Below are positions 10,401 to 18,802 of a DNA stretch of 64,000 nt, piece after piece. The first letter of the stretch is position 1. Every line of letters begins with the position of its first letter. Location: the NCBI GenBank assembly GCA_045577075.1, contig JAZNHR010000003.1, positions 853-64,852 of the forward strand, written 5' to 3'. A program made the translations under genes and the position numbers. The notes below the pieces were generated by a model. That model was given only the letters and a program-made list of their open reading frames with translations, had not been told where the DNA came from and made no database searches. This DNA is from Clostridia bacterium. GTDB taxonomy: Bacteria > Bacillota > Clostridia > UMGS1883 > UMGS1540.

Positions 10401-10991
10401 CTCGCCAGCGATATCGCGGACACGCGCGAGGTTTTCTTCTGTGGTAGCAAGCTTTCTTGCTGCCTCGTTTTTCTTGTACTTATATTTGGAAATACCGGCG
10501 GCTTCCTCAAAAATCTGGCGTCTGTCCTCGGATTTCTGGGAAAGGACGGAATCAATCTGCCCCTGGCTGATAATGGAATAGCCGTCCCTGCCAAGACCCG
10601 TATCCATGAAAAGCTCATGGATATCGCGAAGGCGGCAGGGCGTTTTATTTAAAAAGTATTCGCTTTCGCCGCTGCGGTATACGCGGCGTGTAACGGTGAT
10701 TTCCGTATACGGACTTGAAAAAAGCCCGGAAGTATTGTCGAGAATCAAAGAAACCTCGGCAAAGCTTACGGGTTTATGCTTGGCGGTACCGGCAAAAATG
10801 ACGTCCTCCATGCGGCTGCCGCGGAGAGATTTTACGCTCTGTTCCCCCAGCACCCAGCGAATGGCGTCCGTAATATTACTTTTGCCGCTGCCGTTTGGAC
10901 CGACAATGGCGGTGATGGCATAGTCAAAAGACACGCTAAGCCTATCCATAAAGGATTTAAAGCCATACATATCCAGTCTTTTTAAATACAT
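7431..10991 (-). CDS. smc: chromosome segregation protein SMC
   Basis: 1186 aa; N-terminal Walker A GPNGSGKSN, long coiled coils, hinge, C-terminal signature LSGGEK and Walker B ILDEIESALD. Confidence 0.95.
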   Translation of the reverse strand: MYLKRLDMYGFKSFMDRLSVSFDYAITAIVGPNGSGKSNITDAIRWVLGEQSVKSLRGSRMEDVIFAGTAKHKPVSFAEVSLILDNTSGLFSSPYTEITVTRRVYRSGESEYFLNKTPCRLRDIHELFMDTGLGRDGYSIISQGQIDSVLSQKSEDRRQIFEEAAGISKYKYKKNEAARKLATTEENLARVRDIAGELASRLGPLENQAKKAREYLDLYEKLKVLEINLSILDIDKLRKTQEEASALFSQVSEQLETESAKLETMQKEEESLYGTMKTRDAEMEALRSLMHSTDLSVKGWEGDNALLSQRIETELKAAENFEAQKKALEEEISGLISAAEEAEAHIASCHAALSEAEKAVETGKIKLEDAADAIRTQTGIAENLAAASMQLLTQADETAKHIDALSGYDLNARIAELSAEITTSEQRISDIVKETKALRERQETLSAEIKAAEESFRTLLEKRTQLQTDLANDKTGFNELMRVYNQRLSRKNALSDMEQNMEGYGRGVRAILSARLSADIRGVLSQLIQVDSPYITAIETALGASLQNIVVGSEEDAKTAIAFLKQNHAGRATFLPISAVKGTRLQNEGKVSACPGFIGLGCDLVKCDKAYKDIILQLLGQTVVMDNIDHAIGAARKFSHQFKIVTTDGEVLLRGGSMSGGSRVGNANLLGRSEEIATLEKECKALSVKMEKAETQIDKKTDDVASLTEQLESLRNAHMQKKTEFMQCNGNMQLQNSARENEEAHLTRLQADLASAELQLENADKERERLQNAEADLRARHQESTLRTEEARALLHAYMEDQSRQRDALAQLQVAVNSAEKDLDAARARREQTLLSIQKLELEIANREAQKVQALQSAEDLRLRHANRLLDIAEGQKRVQEFREMLEKMGQEKTSADAAASKMRTDLQTQNEKLYALQGEKTRLEARLEKTQNDLDATVNHLWDAYELTYSGAAAFVADIGPIGTAKEEAVRLRRAIRSLGSVNVDAVNEYAEVKQRHAFLTKQIEDLEKAIAELNKIITDMTKVMTETFAERFQEIAAHFEGTFRALFGGGTGRLTLTDPENVLESGIEIDVQPPGKKLQNLSLLSGGEKALTAIAILFSVLRVRPAPFCILDEIESALDDHNIDRFASYLRDYADTQFIIVTHRRGTMEAADVLYGVTMQEKGVSKLLTMQLNDIRNEYKGDSV

Positions 10992-11025
10992 TGCTCACAC
11001 CGCCTTTCTGTTTTTTCTTTTGTTT

Positions 11026-11868
11026 TTATTTTTTGGCAAACAGGATGCCCAGCGTACCCGGTCCGCAATGGGAAGAAATTACGCATCCGGCGTCTGTTTG
11101 ATAAATTTCTTTGAAGATGTTTAAGCCTTTCAGCGTATCGTATGCCGCTTGCCAAACCTCGGGGTCAACACCGGCGTCCGTTAGGAACACGTAGTCCGTT
11201 TCCACGTCAGCATCTTGCAGGCGTTCCTGAATGTATTTAGAAATGACAACCTTCAGCTTTCCGCGGTACTTCTTGTCAATTCCGAGGGCGCCGTCCGTAA
11301 TAGAAAGGCACGGCTTTATTCCGAGAAGGTTTGCCCCCAGTGCCGCAATGCCGCTGCATCTGCCCCCTTTATGGATATACGAAAGCTGGTCAAGCACAAA
11401 GCTTGTATCACATTTTTCTGCATATAACGCGCAGTCCGCCGCGATGGAAGAAGCATCCATGCCGCTTTCCCGAAGGGAAATGGCGTGGAGCAGCACCAAC
11501 GCTTCGCCGGAGGACAGGGAATTTGTATCTACTACATATACGTTTTCAAATTCCGATGCGGCAAGATTTGCATTCTGGCAAGCAGAGGAAAATTTGGAGC
11601 CAAGGGAAAAATATACAACGGCATCCCCTTTTTCCAGGAGCGATGCAAAAAAATCAGAAAACGCGGCAGGGGGAATCGCCGAGGTTTTCGGCATAGTGCC
11701 GGTTTCCTCCACCTTTTTGTAAAGCTCGTCTCTTGTAATCGTGACCCCGTCCACAAATTCCTCGTCACCGAAATTGATGTGATACGGTAAAACAACAACC
11801 GCGTTGTCGGTTATAAAGGACTTCGGGATATCACAAGCACTGTCTATGGCAAAGATAATGTTCTGCAT
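11026..11868 (-). CDS. DegV family fatty-acid-binding protein
   Basis: 280 aa; DegV-type N-terminus IIFAIDSACDIP, typical length. Confidence 0.8.
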   Translation of the reverse strand: MQNIIFAIDSACDIPKSFITDNAVVVLPYHINFGDEEFVDGVTITRDELYKKVEETGTMPKTSAIPPAAFSDFFASLLEKGDAVVYFSLGSKFSSACQNANLAASEFENVYVVDTNSLSSGEALVLLHAISLRESGMDASSIAADCALYAEKCDTSFVLDQLSYIHKGGRCSGIAALGANLLGIKPCLSITDGALGIDKKYRGKLKVVISKYIQERLQDADVETDYVFLTDAGVDPEVWQAAYDTLKGLNIFKEIYQTDAGCVISSHCGPGTLGILFAKK

Positions 11869-11890
11869 TCGGAAAGTCTCCTTTTTGCGT

Positions 11891-12769
11891 TTAATTTTCC
11901 AGCTTTTTAAGCTCTTCTAATTCTTTTTCATCAATTTTTTCACGGTGTTGCCGATTTCCCTTTTTAATAAATGTGACTTCATCGCGGGAAAAGTCTGCAA
12001 TTACACCATCGCCGTCACCCTCAAGCCGGACGCGAAGTCTGCCGGAGAGAAGGGCTACCTGTACAACTGTGCCCGTGCCGCGTGGCGTTTTCACAAGGGA
12101 GCCGACGGGGGGCGTGATTTTGTTTAAATCTTCATAGGCCTCCTGTTCGTATTTTAGACAGCACATCAGTCTTCCACAGGTGCCGGAAATTTTCGTGGGA
12201 TTTAAAGAAAGCCCCTGTTCCTTGGCCATTTTAATGGAAACCGGCTGAAAATCTGTTAAAAATGTACTGCAGCAAAGGGGTCTGCCGCAAACGCAGAGGC
12301 CGCCCATCATTTTCGATTCGTCCCGAACGCCGACCTGTCTAAGTTCGATTCGTGTACGGAATACGCCGGCTAAGTCCTTGACAAGCTCGCGGAAATCCAC
12401 GCGGCCGTTGGCAGTAAAATAAAACAGAATTTTATTGGCATCAAAGGAATACTCTACATGAATCAGCTTCATTTCGAGCCCATGCTTTTCAATTTTCTTA
12501 AGGCAAATATCAAAGGCTTCCTTCTCCTTGCGGCGGTTTATTTCCACCTGTCTTGTATCCTGGGGGGTGGCAATGCGTACAACCTTCTTAAGAGGAGAAA
12601 CAAGCTCACTGTCTTCTATATCGCGAATCGGCATAGTTACTTCGCCGTACTCCAGCCCCCGCGCCGTTTCCACAACGACGTGCATGCCTTCTTCGAGGGG
12701 AAGTTCGTTCGGGTCAAAGTGATATACCTTGCCGTTTTCTTTAAACTTAATGCCTACAATCCGTATCAT
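11891..12769 (-). CDS. ricT: PSP1-domain regulatory protein RicT (stage 0 sporulation YaaT)
   Basis: 292 aa; Cys-rich core GGLCVCGRPLCCSTFL...CGRLMCCLKYE; downstream of holB as in B. subtilis yaaT. Confidence 0.85.
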   Translation of the reverse strand: MIRIVGIKFKENGKVYHFDPNELPLEEGMHVVVETARGLEYGEVTMPIRDIEDSELVSPLKKVVRIATPQDTRQVEINRRKEKEAFDICLKKIEKHGLEMKLIHVEYSFDANKILFYFTANGRVDFRELVKDLAGVFRTRIELRQVGVRDESKMMGGLCVCGRPLCCSTFLTDFQPVSIKMAKEQGLSLNPTKISGTCGRLMCCLKYEQEAYEDLNKITPPVGSLVKTPRGTGTVVQVALLSGRLRVRLEGDGDGVIADFSRDEVTFIKKGNRQHREKIDEKELEELKKLEN

Positions 12770-13736
12770 GACAATACCTCCAACAATCTGATAGAAAATC
12801 TGTTATCCATAGTGAAAAGTTCGACCCTTTCCCGATTTCTGCAGCAAGGCTGAGCGCGGCTTCGTGGCAGGCAAGTGCGCTTTTCGGCGAAACGGAAAAC
12901 GCAAACGCTGCAATCGCGCTTTTGTAGTCCCGGTTTAAAAGGGAATCGCCGTCCGATAAATGTACATACATCACATCCCGCATCCAGGAAGAAAAGAAGG
13001 ATAAAAGAACGGGGAGTGCCGTTTTATATTCTTCAAAGCACCGTAAGATGGCATAAATACCGCTTCGGGGACCGGTCAGCCGCGGCAAAAGGGCGTAGAG
13101 GGAGTGACGCATGGTCAGGTACGCTTCGTCCTCAGAAAGCTTTTTTGCCGTGCCGATACTGCCGCCGGCGGAGGCAGCCAAAAAAGTCGCATCCGCAGCG
13201 CGCGCAGGGTAGTTTTCACGAATATAGGTTTCCAGCTGCAAGATTGGACAGCCGGTCATGCTCAGCACAATGCCGCGGGACAAAACCGTTTTCAGTAGCG
13301 CATCCCGATTCGTGGTAGTGAGAAAAATCGTAACATAGGGCGGCGGCTCTTCAAAGGCCTTCAGGAGTGTGTTCTGCGCCACAGGAGAAAGCTGCTCACC
13401 GTTTGGAATAATATATATTTTCCGTGATGCCAGAAATGGCTTTACATACATGTCTGCGACAAGGGCACGGGCACGTTCGGCGTTTAGCGGGTTTTTTTCA
13501 TCCATCTCCACGAAAATAATATCGGGGTGGTTGCCGCTTTCTGTTTTAATACAGGTACTGCATGTGCCGCAGGGCGCATCCGCAGCATCGCAATGGAGCA
13601 TAGAGGCAAGATAACGGCAAAGCGTTTTTTTACCCATGCCAACAGCACCCTCGAAAATATACAGGTGCCTTACTGCAGATTTTCGGCGTGCTGTTTTAAA
13701 ATATGCAATTTGTGCGTCTTTACCGTACAGCTTCAA
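12747..13736 (-). CDS. holB: DNA polymerase III subunit delta' (HolB)
   Basis: 329 aa; AAA+ clamp-loader fold, GxxGxGK P-loop, Zn module CGTCSTC, synteny darA-holB-ricT. Confidence 0.8.
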   Translation of the reverse strand: MKLYGKDAQIAYFKTARRKSAVRHLYIFEGAVGMGKKTLCRYLASMLHCDAADAPCGTCSTCIKTESGNHPDIIFVEMDEKNPLNAERARALVADMYVKPFLASRKIYIIPNGEQLSPVAQNTLLKAFEEPPPYVTIFLTTTNRDALLKTVLSRGIVLSMTGCPILQLETYIRENYPARAADATFLAASAGGSIGTAKKLSEDEAYLTMRHSLYALLPRLTGPRSGIYAILRCFEEYKTALPVLLSFFSSWMRDVMYVHLSDGDSLLNRDYKSAIAAFAFSVSPKSALACHEAALSLAAEIGKGSNFSLWITDFLSDCWRYCHDTDCRH

Positions 13737-14059
13737 ACTTTTTCAAACCTGTCCACATCCACAACGAAGATGGTTGCGCCGCCCACCTCCACTTCAACGG
13801 GTTGGGGCGTGTACATTCCTGCCATGCTGGCGGAAATCGGCGTTGTCATAATGTGCTTGCGGGTGCGGCACCTTTCCTTAAAAATAGAAATCGCTTCCTC
13901 TACACGCTCTTCTTCGGTACCGACAAGCAGTGTGATATTTCCTGCACGCAGAAAACCGCCCGTGGTTGCAAGCTTTGTAACGCTGAAACCTGCTTCATTT
14001 AATGTGCTGAGAACCTTGTTGCCGTCCTCACTGTGTACAATTGCTAGAATAAGCTTCAT
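13733..14059 (-). CDS. darA: PII-like cyclic-di-AMP receptor DarA (YaaQ)
   Basis: 108 aa; VTKLATTGGFL..PVEVEVGGATIFV matches DarA core; overlaps holB start. Confidence 0.85.
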   Translation of the reverse strand: MKLILAIVHSEDGNKVLSTLNEAGFSVTKLATTGGFLRAGNITLLVGTEEERVEEAISIFKERCRTRKHIMTTPISASMAGMYTPQPVEVEVGGATIFVVDVDRFEKV

Positions 14060-14174
14060 AGAGAAATCCCCTTTCGTTTTTTAATTTTATGTATAAAAAA
14101 CGCTACAATATATACCGTTTTTATAAGTATATCATAAAACCATAAAAAAAGCAAAGTATTTTTGTATATTTCAT

Positions 14175-14210
14175 AAAAAAAGGCACCTATCTTTTCGGTT
14201 GATAGGTGCC
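14175..14210 (-). terminator. intrinsic terminator downstream of 2-hydroxyacid dehydrogenase gene
   Basis: GGCACCTATC/GATAGGTGCC stem, minus-strand T-run. Confidence 0.75.
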
Positions 14211-14225
14211 ACTGCGTGTAAGGGA

Positions 14226-15200
14226 CTAAAAGCCGCGTTTTTGGAGAAATTTCGTGTTTACAATATTTTGGGGCACTTCGCCGTGTAAAACGCGAATAAC
14301 GTTTGCAATGACTTCTGCATGCAAATCGTCTACGCCTTCAAAGGAGTTCCAGGCAACGTGAGGCGTAAGCACCACGTTTTCCATTTGCAAAAGTTTGCTG
14401 TCTCGCGGAAGGGGTTCCGTTTCAAAAACGTCTAGTGCCGCACCTGCAATTTCGCCGGATAACAGGGCAAAAATCAATTCGTTTTCATTGACAAGACCGC
14501 CCTGGCCTGTGTGAATCAAGACAGCGTCCTTCTTCATTTTCTTAAACTGCGCCATCCCCATCATGTGCCGCGTTTCCTCGGTGAGGGGCGCGTGGAGGGT
14601 CACATAGTCGGAAAGCTCTAAAAGTGTATCAAGATCCACGCTTTTGCCGCCCCCTGCCGCAATTTGTTCTTCACTTTGGTAGGGGTCGTAGACTAAAATA
14701 TCCATATCAAACGCACGGGCGCGAGAGGCAACCGCACGGCCAATGCGTCCAAAGCCCACAACGCCTAAAATCTTGCCGCGCAGTCTGCGCACTTTGCCGA
14801 TACGCTCTGCATTCCACTGGCCACCTCGTGCACACCTGTCCGCAAGGGGGATGCGCTTGCAGGCAGAAAGGAGCAGTGCCATTGCATGCTCCGCAACGTC
14901 ATATGAACCGTAGGAGGGGGCGTTGCAGACGTAAATGCCTTTTTTGCCTGCGGCTTCGAGGTCCACATTGTCATAGCCGATGCCGTAGCCAATTATCATT
15001 TTGCACTTATCGAGGGCGGCAATAATATCGGCGGTGATGTGTGCGTCATTAAACATTAAAATGTCCGCATCTTGTACAATTCCATGAAGTTCCTCGGCAT
15101 TTCGAAAATATGTAACGAGAAAGGTTGCGCCTTCTGCACGAAAAACGCTTTTCTCCTGGGAAAAATCCGTTCCCATTCGGTCCAGCATTACAATTTTCAT
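14226..15200 (-). CDS. D-isomer-specific 2-hydroxyacid dehydrogenase (PGDH/CtBP-like, NAD-binding)
   Basis: 324 aa; GVVGFGRIGRAVA Rossmann motif, catalytic R/E/H triad spacing. Confidence 0.8.
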   Translation of the reverse strand: MKIVMLDRMGTDFSQEKSVFRAEGATFLVTYFRNAEELHGIVQDADILMFNDAHITADIIAALDKCKMIIGYGIGYDNVDLEAAGKKGIYVCNAPSYGSYDVAEHAMALLLSACKRIPLADRCARGGQWNAERIGKVRRLRGKILGVVGFGRIGRAVASRARAFDMDILVYDPYQSEEQIAAGGGKSVDLDTLLELSDYVTLHAPLTEETRHMMGMAQFKKMKKDAVLIHTGQGGLVNENELIFALLSGEIAGAALDVFETEPLPRDSKLLQMENVVLTPHVAWNSFEGVDDLHAEVIANVIRVLHGEVPQNIVNTKFLQKRGF

Positions 15201-15221
15201 TTTTGACAGTCCTTTCTGTTT

Positions 15222-15701
15222 TTATGGCAAACGCTTATGTTCTGTATAAATCATGCCGTTTTCTATCGTGAGAATTCCAAAGGACGGGGCACCGCTATAA
15301 GGCAGGGAAATACTGCCGGGATTAAAGAGACGAACGCCTTCTTCCACGCCGTCAAAGGCCTCGTGGGTGTGGCCAAACAAAACAAGATCCGCACTTTTTC
15401 CGGCGTCTGCCAGCTCTCTAAGACCATTTTTGACCCCTCGGGTGTGTCCGTGACACAGGAAGAGGCGTTTGTTTCCCAGTTCAATCATTTTTTCGTAGGC
15501 ACCGCCGGCACAAAAGTCCGAATTGCCGCATACATAGGTGATGGGTACATTTGCATACACAATGCCGATATCCTCCGCATCCCGGGAGGAATCTCCAAGA
15601 TGCAGAATATGGTCCACAGGGCCAAAAAGCTCCAACGCACGCAGGCAATTGTGAATACGGCCATGGCTGTCACTAAAAACTGCAACCTTCACGCGTGTCA
15701 C
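15222..15701 (-). CDS. YfcE/MJ0936-family metallophosphoesterase
   Basis: 159 aa; VFSDSHG, HLGD, GNSD, LCHGH, FGHTH calcineurin-like motifs. Confidence 0.85.
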   Translation of the reverse strand: MTRVKVAVFSDSHGRIHNCLRALELFGPVDHILHLGDSSRDAEDIGIVYANVPITYVCGNSDFCAGGAYEKMIELGNKRLFLCHGHTRGVKNGLRELADAGKSADLVLFGHTHEAFDGVEEGVRLFNPGSISLPYSGAPSFGILTIENGMIYTEHKRLP

Positions 15702-15833
15702 TCCTTTCTTTTATATACTAAATATATACTAAAATATGGCAAATGTCAAGCCTTTCAAAAAAGCCTGTTTGTTTTTTCGAAAAACTCTTGATTTTACGGC
15801 GAAATCTGTGTATAATAGGGAAGGTGATGCAAA

Positions 15834-16247
15834 ATGCGTATAATAGGTCTTGACTATGGCGACAGCCGAATCGGTGTTTCGGTAAGTGACAGTTTTGGGC
15901 TAACAGCCCAGCCTGTATGCGCCCTTTCCGAGAAAACATGGTCACAACAGCTGGAAAAACTTGCGGCGATTGTGGAGGAATACGGGGCGGAAGGCTTTGT
16001 AATCGGGATGCCGAAGAACATGAACGGCAGTATTGGCCCGCGAGGCGAGGTAACGAGAAAATTCTCTGCTGCCCTGTTGGCGCGATTTGGGCTTCCGGTT
16101 ACGGAATGGGATGAGAGGCTAACCTCGGTTGCGGCACATAGAGCACTCCAAGAAGGGCAGGTACGCGGCGTCAAGAAAAAGGGCAAGGTAGATATGCTTT
16201 CTGCTGTCTTTATTTTGCAGGGGTATCTGGATAGCCTTCGAAATTGA
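15834..16247 (+). CDS. ruvX: putative pre-16S rRNA nuclease / Holliday-junction resolvase-like YqgF (RuvX)
   Basis: 137 aa; IIGLDYGDSRIGVSVSD RNase H-like N-terminus. Confidence 0.88.
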   Translation: MRIIGLDYGDSRIGVSVSDSFGLTAQPVCALSEKTWSQQLEKLAAIVEEYGAEGFVIGMPKNMNGSIGPRGEVTRKFSAALLARFGLPVTEWDERLTSVAAHRALQEGQVRGVKKKGKVDMLSAVFILQGYLDSLRN

Positions 16248-16262
16248 AAGGAGAATACAGAA

Positions 16263-16562
16263 ATGGAAGAAAGAGAAAACGTGATTATTTTAATAGATGA
16301 TGAAGGCAAGGAAATGCCTTTTGAGGTGCTGGACATTATCGAGGATAGTGACAAGCGCTATGCCGTTGGTATTCCGGCTGAGGAAGCAGCGGAGGAAGCG
16401 GAAGAAGGCACCGTACTTATCATGCGTATTGTGCCTGCAAATGACGAGGAAGATATTTTAGAACCCATTGAGGACAATGCGGAGCTGGAGAGAATTTTTG
16501 AGATTTTCAAAACGCGCATGGAAGACGAATTTGAGTTTGAAGACGAGGATACGGAGGCATAA
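16263..16562 (+). CDS. DUF1292 (YrzB-like) acidic small protein
   Basis: 99 aa highly acidic; conserved position immediately downstream of ruvX as in Bacillus yrrK-yrzB. Confidence 0.75.
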   Translation: MEERENVIILIDDEGKEMPFEVLDIIEDSDKRYAVGIPAEEAAEEAEEGTVLIMRIVPANDEEDILEPIEDNAELERIFEIFKTRMEDEFEFEDEDTEA

Positions 16563-16635
16563 AATAGGCAGGTCTTATTTTTACCCCTCTGCATCCCTGC
16601 GGTGTACGTCTTGTATGGTATATATTTTAGCCAAC

Positions 16636-16830
16636 ACTAAAATGTAAGGGAGACAGACCGTCTTTGTGGTGTGTAGGCCCCCCGCTCGTAAGACCGGTAT
16701 GAGGGTAACCCGTAAGCAAAGAATATGTCGCCCACCTGCAAAGCAGGTTAAAATTTTACTGCCGGACGGCAATCGCGGGGAATGGTAAGCAAGACGGGGC
16801 GCTGCAACGTGTGCAGCGACCCCGCTTTTT
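16636..16830 (+). promoter_or_regulatory. candidate structured 5' leader (riboswitch/attenuator-like, class not assigned) ending in intrinsic terminator
   Basis: about 200 nt ORF-free, GC-rich with multiple local hairpins (CCTGC-AAA-GCAGG etc.), strong terminator GGGGCGCTGCA..TGCAGCGACCCCGCTTTTT at 16794-16830, about 90 nt before the membrane-protein ATG. Confidence 0.35.
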
Positions 16831-16918
16831 ATATAATAATGAGAAATTTTCATATAGACAGCCTGGTGTCGACGGGAAATATATATAGAAATTAAGACAC
16901 AGAAAGGCATTTATTGTT

Positions 16919-18718
16919 ATGAATACAAATACATTTCGGCCCGATACACCCACAAAACGGTACATGGCGGTTGCATCCGTACTCCTTTTGCTGTTTACGA
17001 TTGTAATACCGCCCCTGGGCGTTTCTTTTGTCGCACTGCATGTACTCTTTCTGGCAGCATGGCTTTTTTTGCAAAAAGTAAAACCGGGAAAACGGTTTTG
17101 GCGCACGATAGTCTGGGGCGTGCTACTCAGTAATGTTTTTTTACTGGTGTATTTGCAGTTTCAGGCATTTATTCCATTTTGGGATTACGCCGGATACTAT
17201 ATTGAAACCCTTCGAAGCGGCACCTTGATGCAAACGGATTTGCCACAGTTTTTCCGGCAGGTATATGAAAGTATGCTTACCCAGGATTACACGCTTTTGC
17301 CTACTGTGTTTATCGCACCGTTTCTGAATCTTTTGGGCGGAAGCTTTACGGCGTATGTATTGCTGATTTACAACCTTTTTATTGTGCCGTTTTTGATTGT
17401 ATTCGGGCTTTTGGTGTATGAAATCAGCCCGAAATGCACGCCGCTTATTTTCTTGTTTACGCCCTTTTTAAGCCCGGTACTTCGAGGCTATCTGGACGGC
17501 GCAGGGCTTTTTTATGTCGCCATTTGGTTGTATGTGATTTATAAGCAAACCTTACGAAAGTCAGCAATAAAAGAAGCGATTCTGCTGGGTATTTTATCTG
17601 TTTTGTTGATTTTCACAAGACGTTGGTATCTGTTTTTTGTCGTGGGCACCTACGCGGCACTCGTGCTATCCGGCGTAGTACGCCGCGCATATGACCCGAA
17701 ATACGATTTAAAAACACTGCTGCAAAATTTGGCGATTTCCGGTGGTGTTACGCTGGGGATCGTTGTGTTATTCTTTTTCCCTTATTTAAAACGCCTTCTG
17801 GGCAATACCATGCAAGATGCGTATTCTGCTTATATGTTCGGTGATTTTTGGTGGAATATTAAATATTTTATCCGCTATTACGGATTTTTGCCCATGGCGT
17901 TTTGCGCTCTTGGACTTTTCGGACTGCGCCGGCGTTGGTACAGGCAGTTTACACTCTTTTTGCTCTTCCAGATTCCCGTCATGTTTTTTCTGTTTACGAG
18001 GATTCAGACGGTCAGCTACCATCACCAGTATTTATTTGCACCGAGCATCTTTTTACTGATGGTGATTGGGGTTTCTGCCTTACCGAAATGTAAAAAAGCG
18101 GCACCGATTGCCCTTTGCGTCGCTTTGGCGATGGCGTTTACATATATTTATGTGCCGACGTCCACCAATTGCCTCCGCAATGTATTTTCCAGCGTGCGCT
18201 TTGCACCGAAAACCATGGAAACGGAAGGCGTACTGGAACTAAGGGATACACTTAATCAGCTTTCGGAAGCAGAAGGGGAGAACGGATACGTTTATATTTT
18301 GGCAAGCTCTGAAATTTTAAATGATGATATGCTGAAAAATTCCAGGCTTCCCATGCAAGAAAATGCGATTCCCGCGCTTCTCGGCACAAACCATGTAGAC
18401 AGGCGTGACGGCATGCCGAACCACCTGCTTGTAAGTAAATTTATTGTGGTAGCGGACCCTGTGCAGGTGCATCTGGGAACAGAAAACCAGCAGGTGGTGG
18501 ACTTTTTTGCCCGTGAAATTCTGGACGGCACCTATACCCAGAATTTGGAACGCATCCATAGCATTAAAATCACAGATGAAGTTACGGCGCACATCTACCG
18601 CCGAAACGCCGGATACAGCGAAGCATTCTTAAGACGCGCGCAGGAACATTTTAATATGCTTTACCCCGAACACGGGGAGATGTTTTCCGTAGATTTTATC
18701 TGGTCACAAAATTCATAA
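16919..18718 (+). CDS. polytopic membrane protein, GT-C-fold (ArnT/PMT-like) glycosyltransferase candidate with C-terminal extracytoplasmic domain
   Basis: 599 aa; about 12 hydrophobic helices in first 400 aa, soluble C-terminal 180 aa. Confidence 0.45.
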   Translation: MNTNTFRPDTPTKRYMAVASVLLLLFTIVIPPLGVSFVALHVLFLAAWLFLQKVKPGKRFWRTIVWGVLLSNVFLLVYLQFQAFIPFWDYAGYYIETLRSGTLMQTDLPQFFRQVYESMLTQDYTLLPTVFIAPFLNLLGGSFTAYVLLIYNLFIVPFLIVFGLLVYEISPKCTPLIFLFTPFLSPVLRGYLDGAGLFYVAIWLYVIYKQTLRKSAIKEAILLGILSVLLIFTRRWYLFFVVGTYAALVLSGVVRRAYDPKYDLKTLLQNLAISGGVTLGIVVLFFFPYLKRLLGNTMQDAYSAYMFGDFWWNIKYFIRYYGFLPMAFCALGLFGLRRRWYRQFTLFLLFQIPVMFFLFTRIQTVSYHHQYLFAPSIFLLMVIGVSALPKCKKAAPIALCVALAMAFTYIYVPTSTNCLRNVFSSVRFAPKTMETEGVLELRDTLNQLSEAEGENGYVYILASSEILNDDMLKNSRLPMQENAIPALLGTNHVDRRDGMPNHLLVSKFIVVADPVQVHLGTENQQVVDFFAREILDGTYTQNLERIHSIKITDEVTAHIYRRNAGYSEAFLRRAQEHFNMLYPEHGEMFSVDFIWSQNS

Positions 18719-18725
18719 AAAGTGG

Positions 18726-18754
18726 TTGTCAAATCGGAAAAGATATGCTATAAT
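18726..18754 (+). promoter_or_regulatory. sigma-A-type promoter (TTGTCA-17-TATAAT) for SLH protein gene
   Basis: near-consensus -35/-10 with 17-nt spacer about 50 nt upstream of ATG 18803. Confidence 0.6.
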
Positions 18755-18802
18755 ATATTGGATATGGAGTAATTGCTCCAAAAACGTAGGAGGAATCATC
18801 TT

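Noticed and set aside
16636-16830. Assignment of the structured leader to a specific Rfam class (c-di-GMP-I, ydaO, ykkC, 6S)
   Set aside because: Partial resemblances (GCAAAG hairpins, CCGGACGG, GGGGAATGG) do not match any consensus core closely enough by eye; left unclassified.
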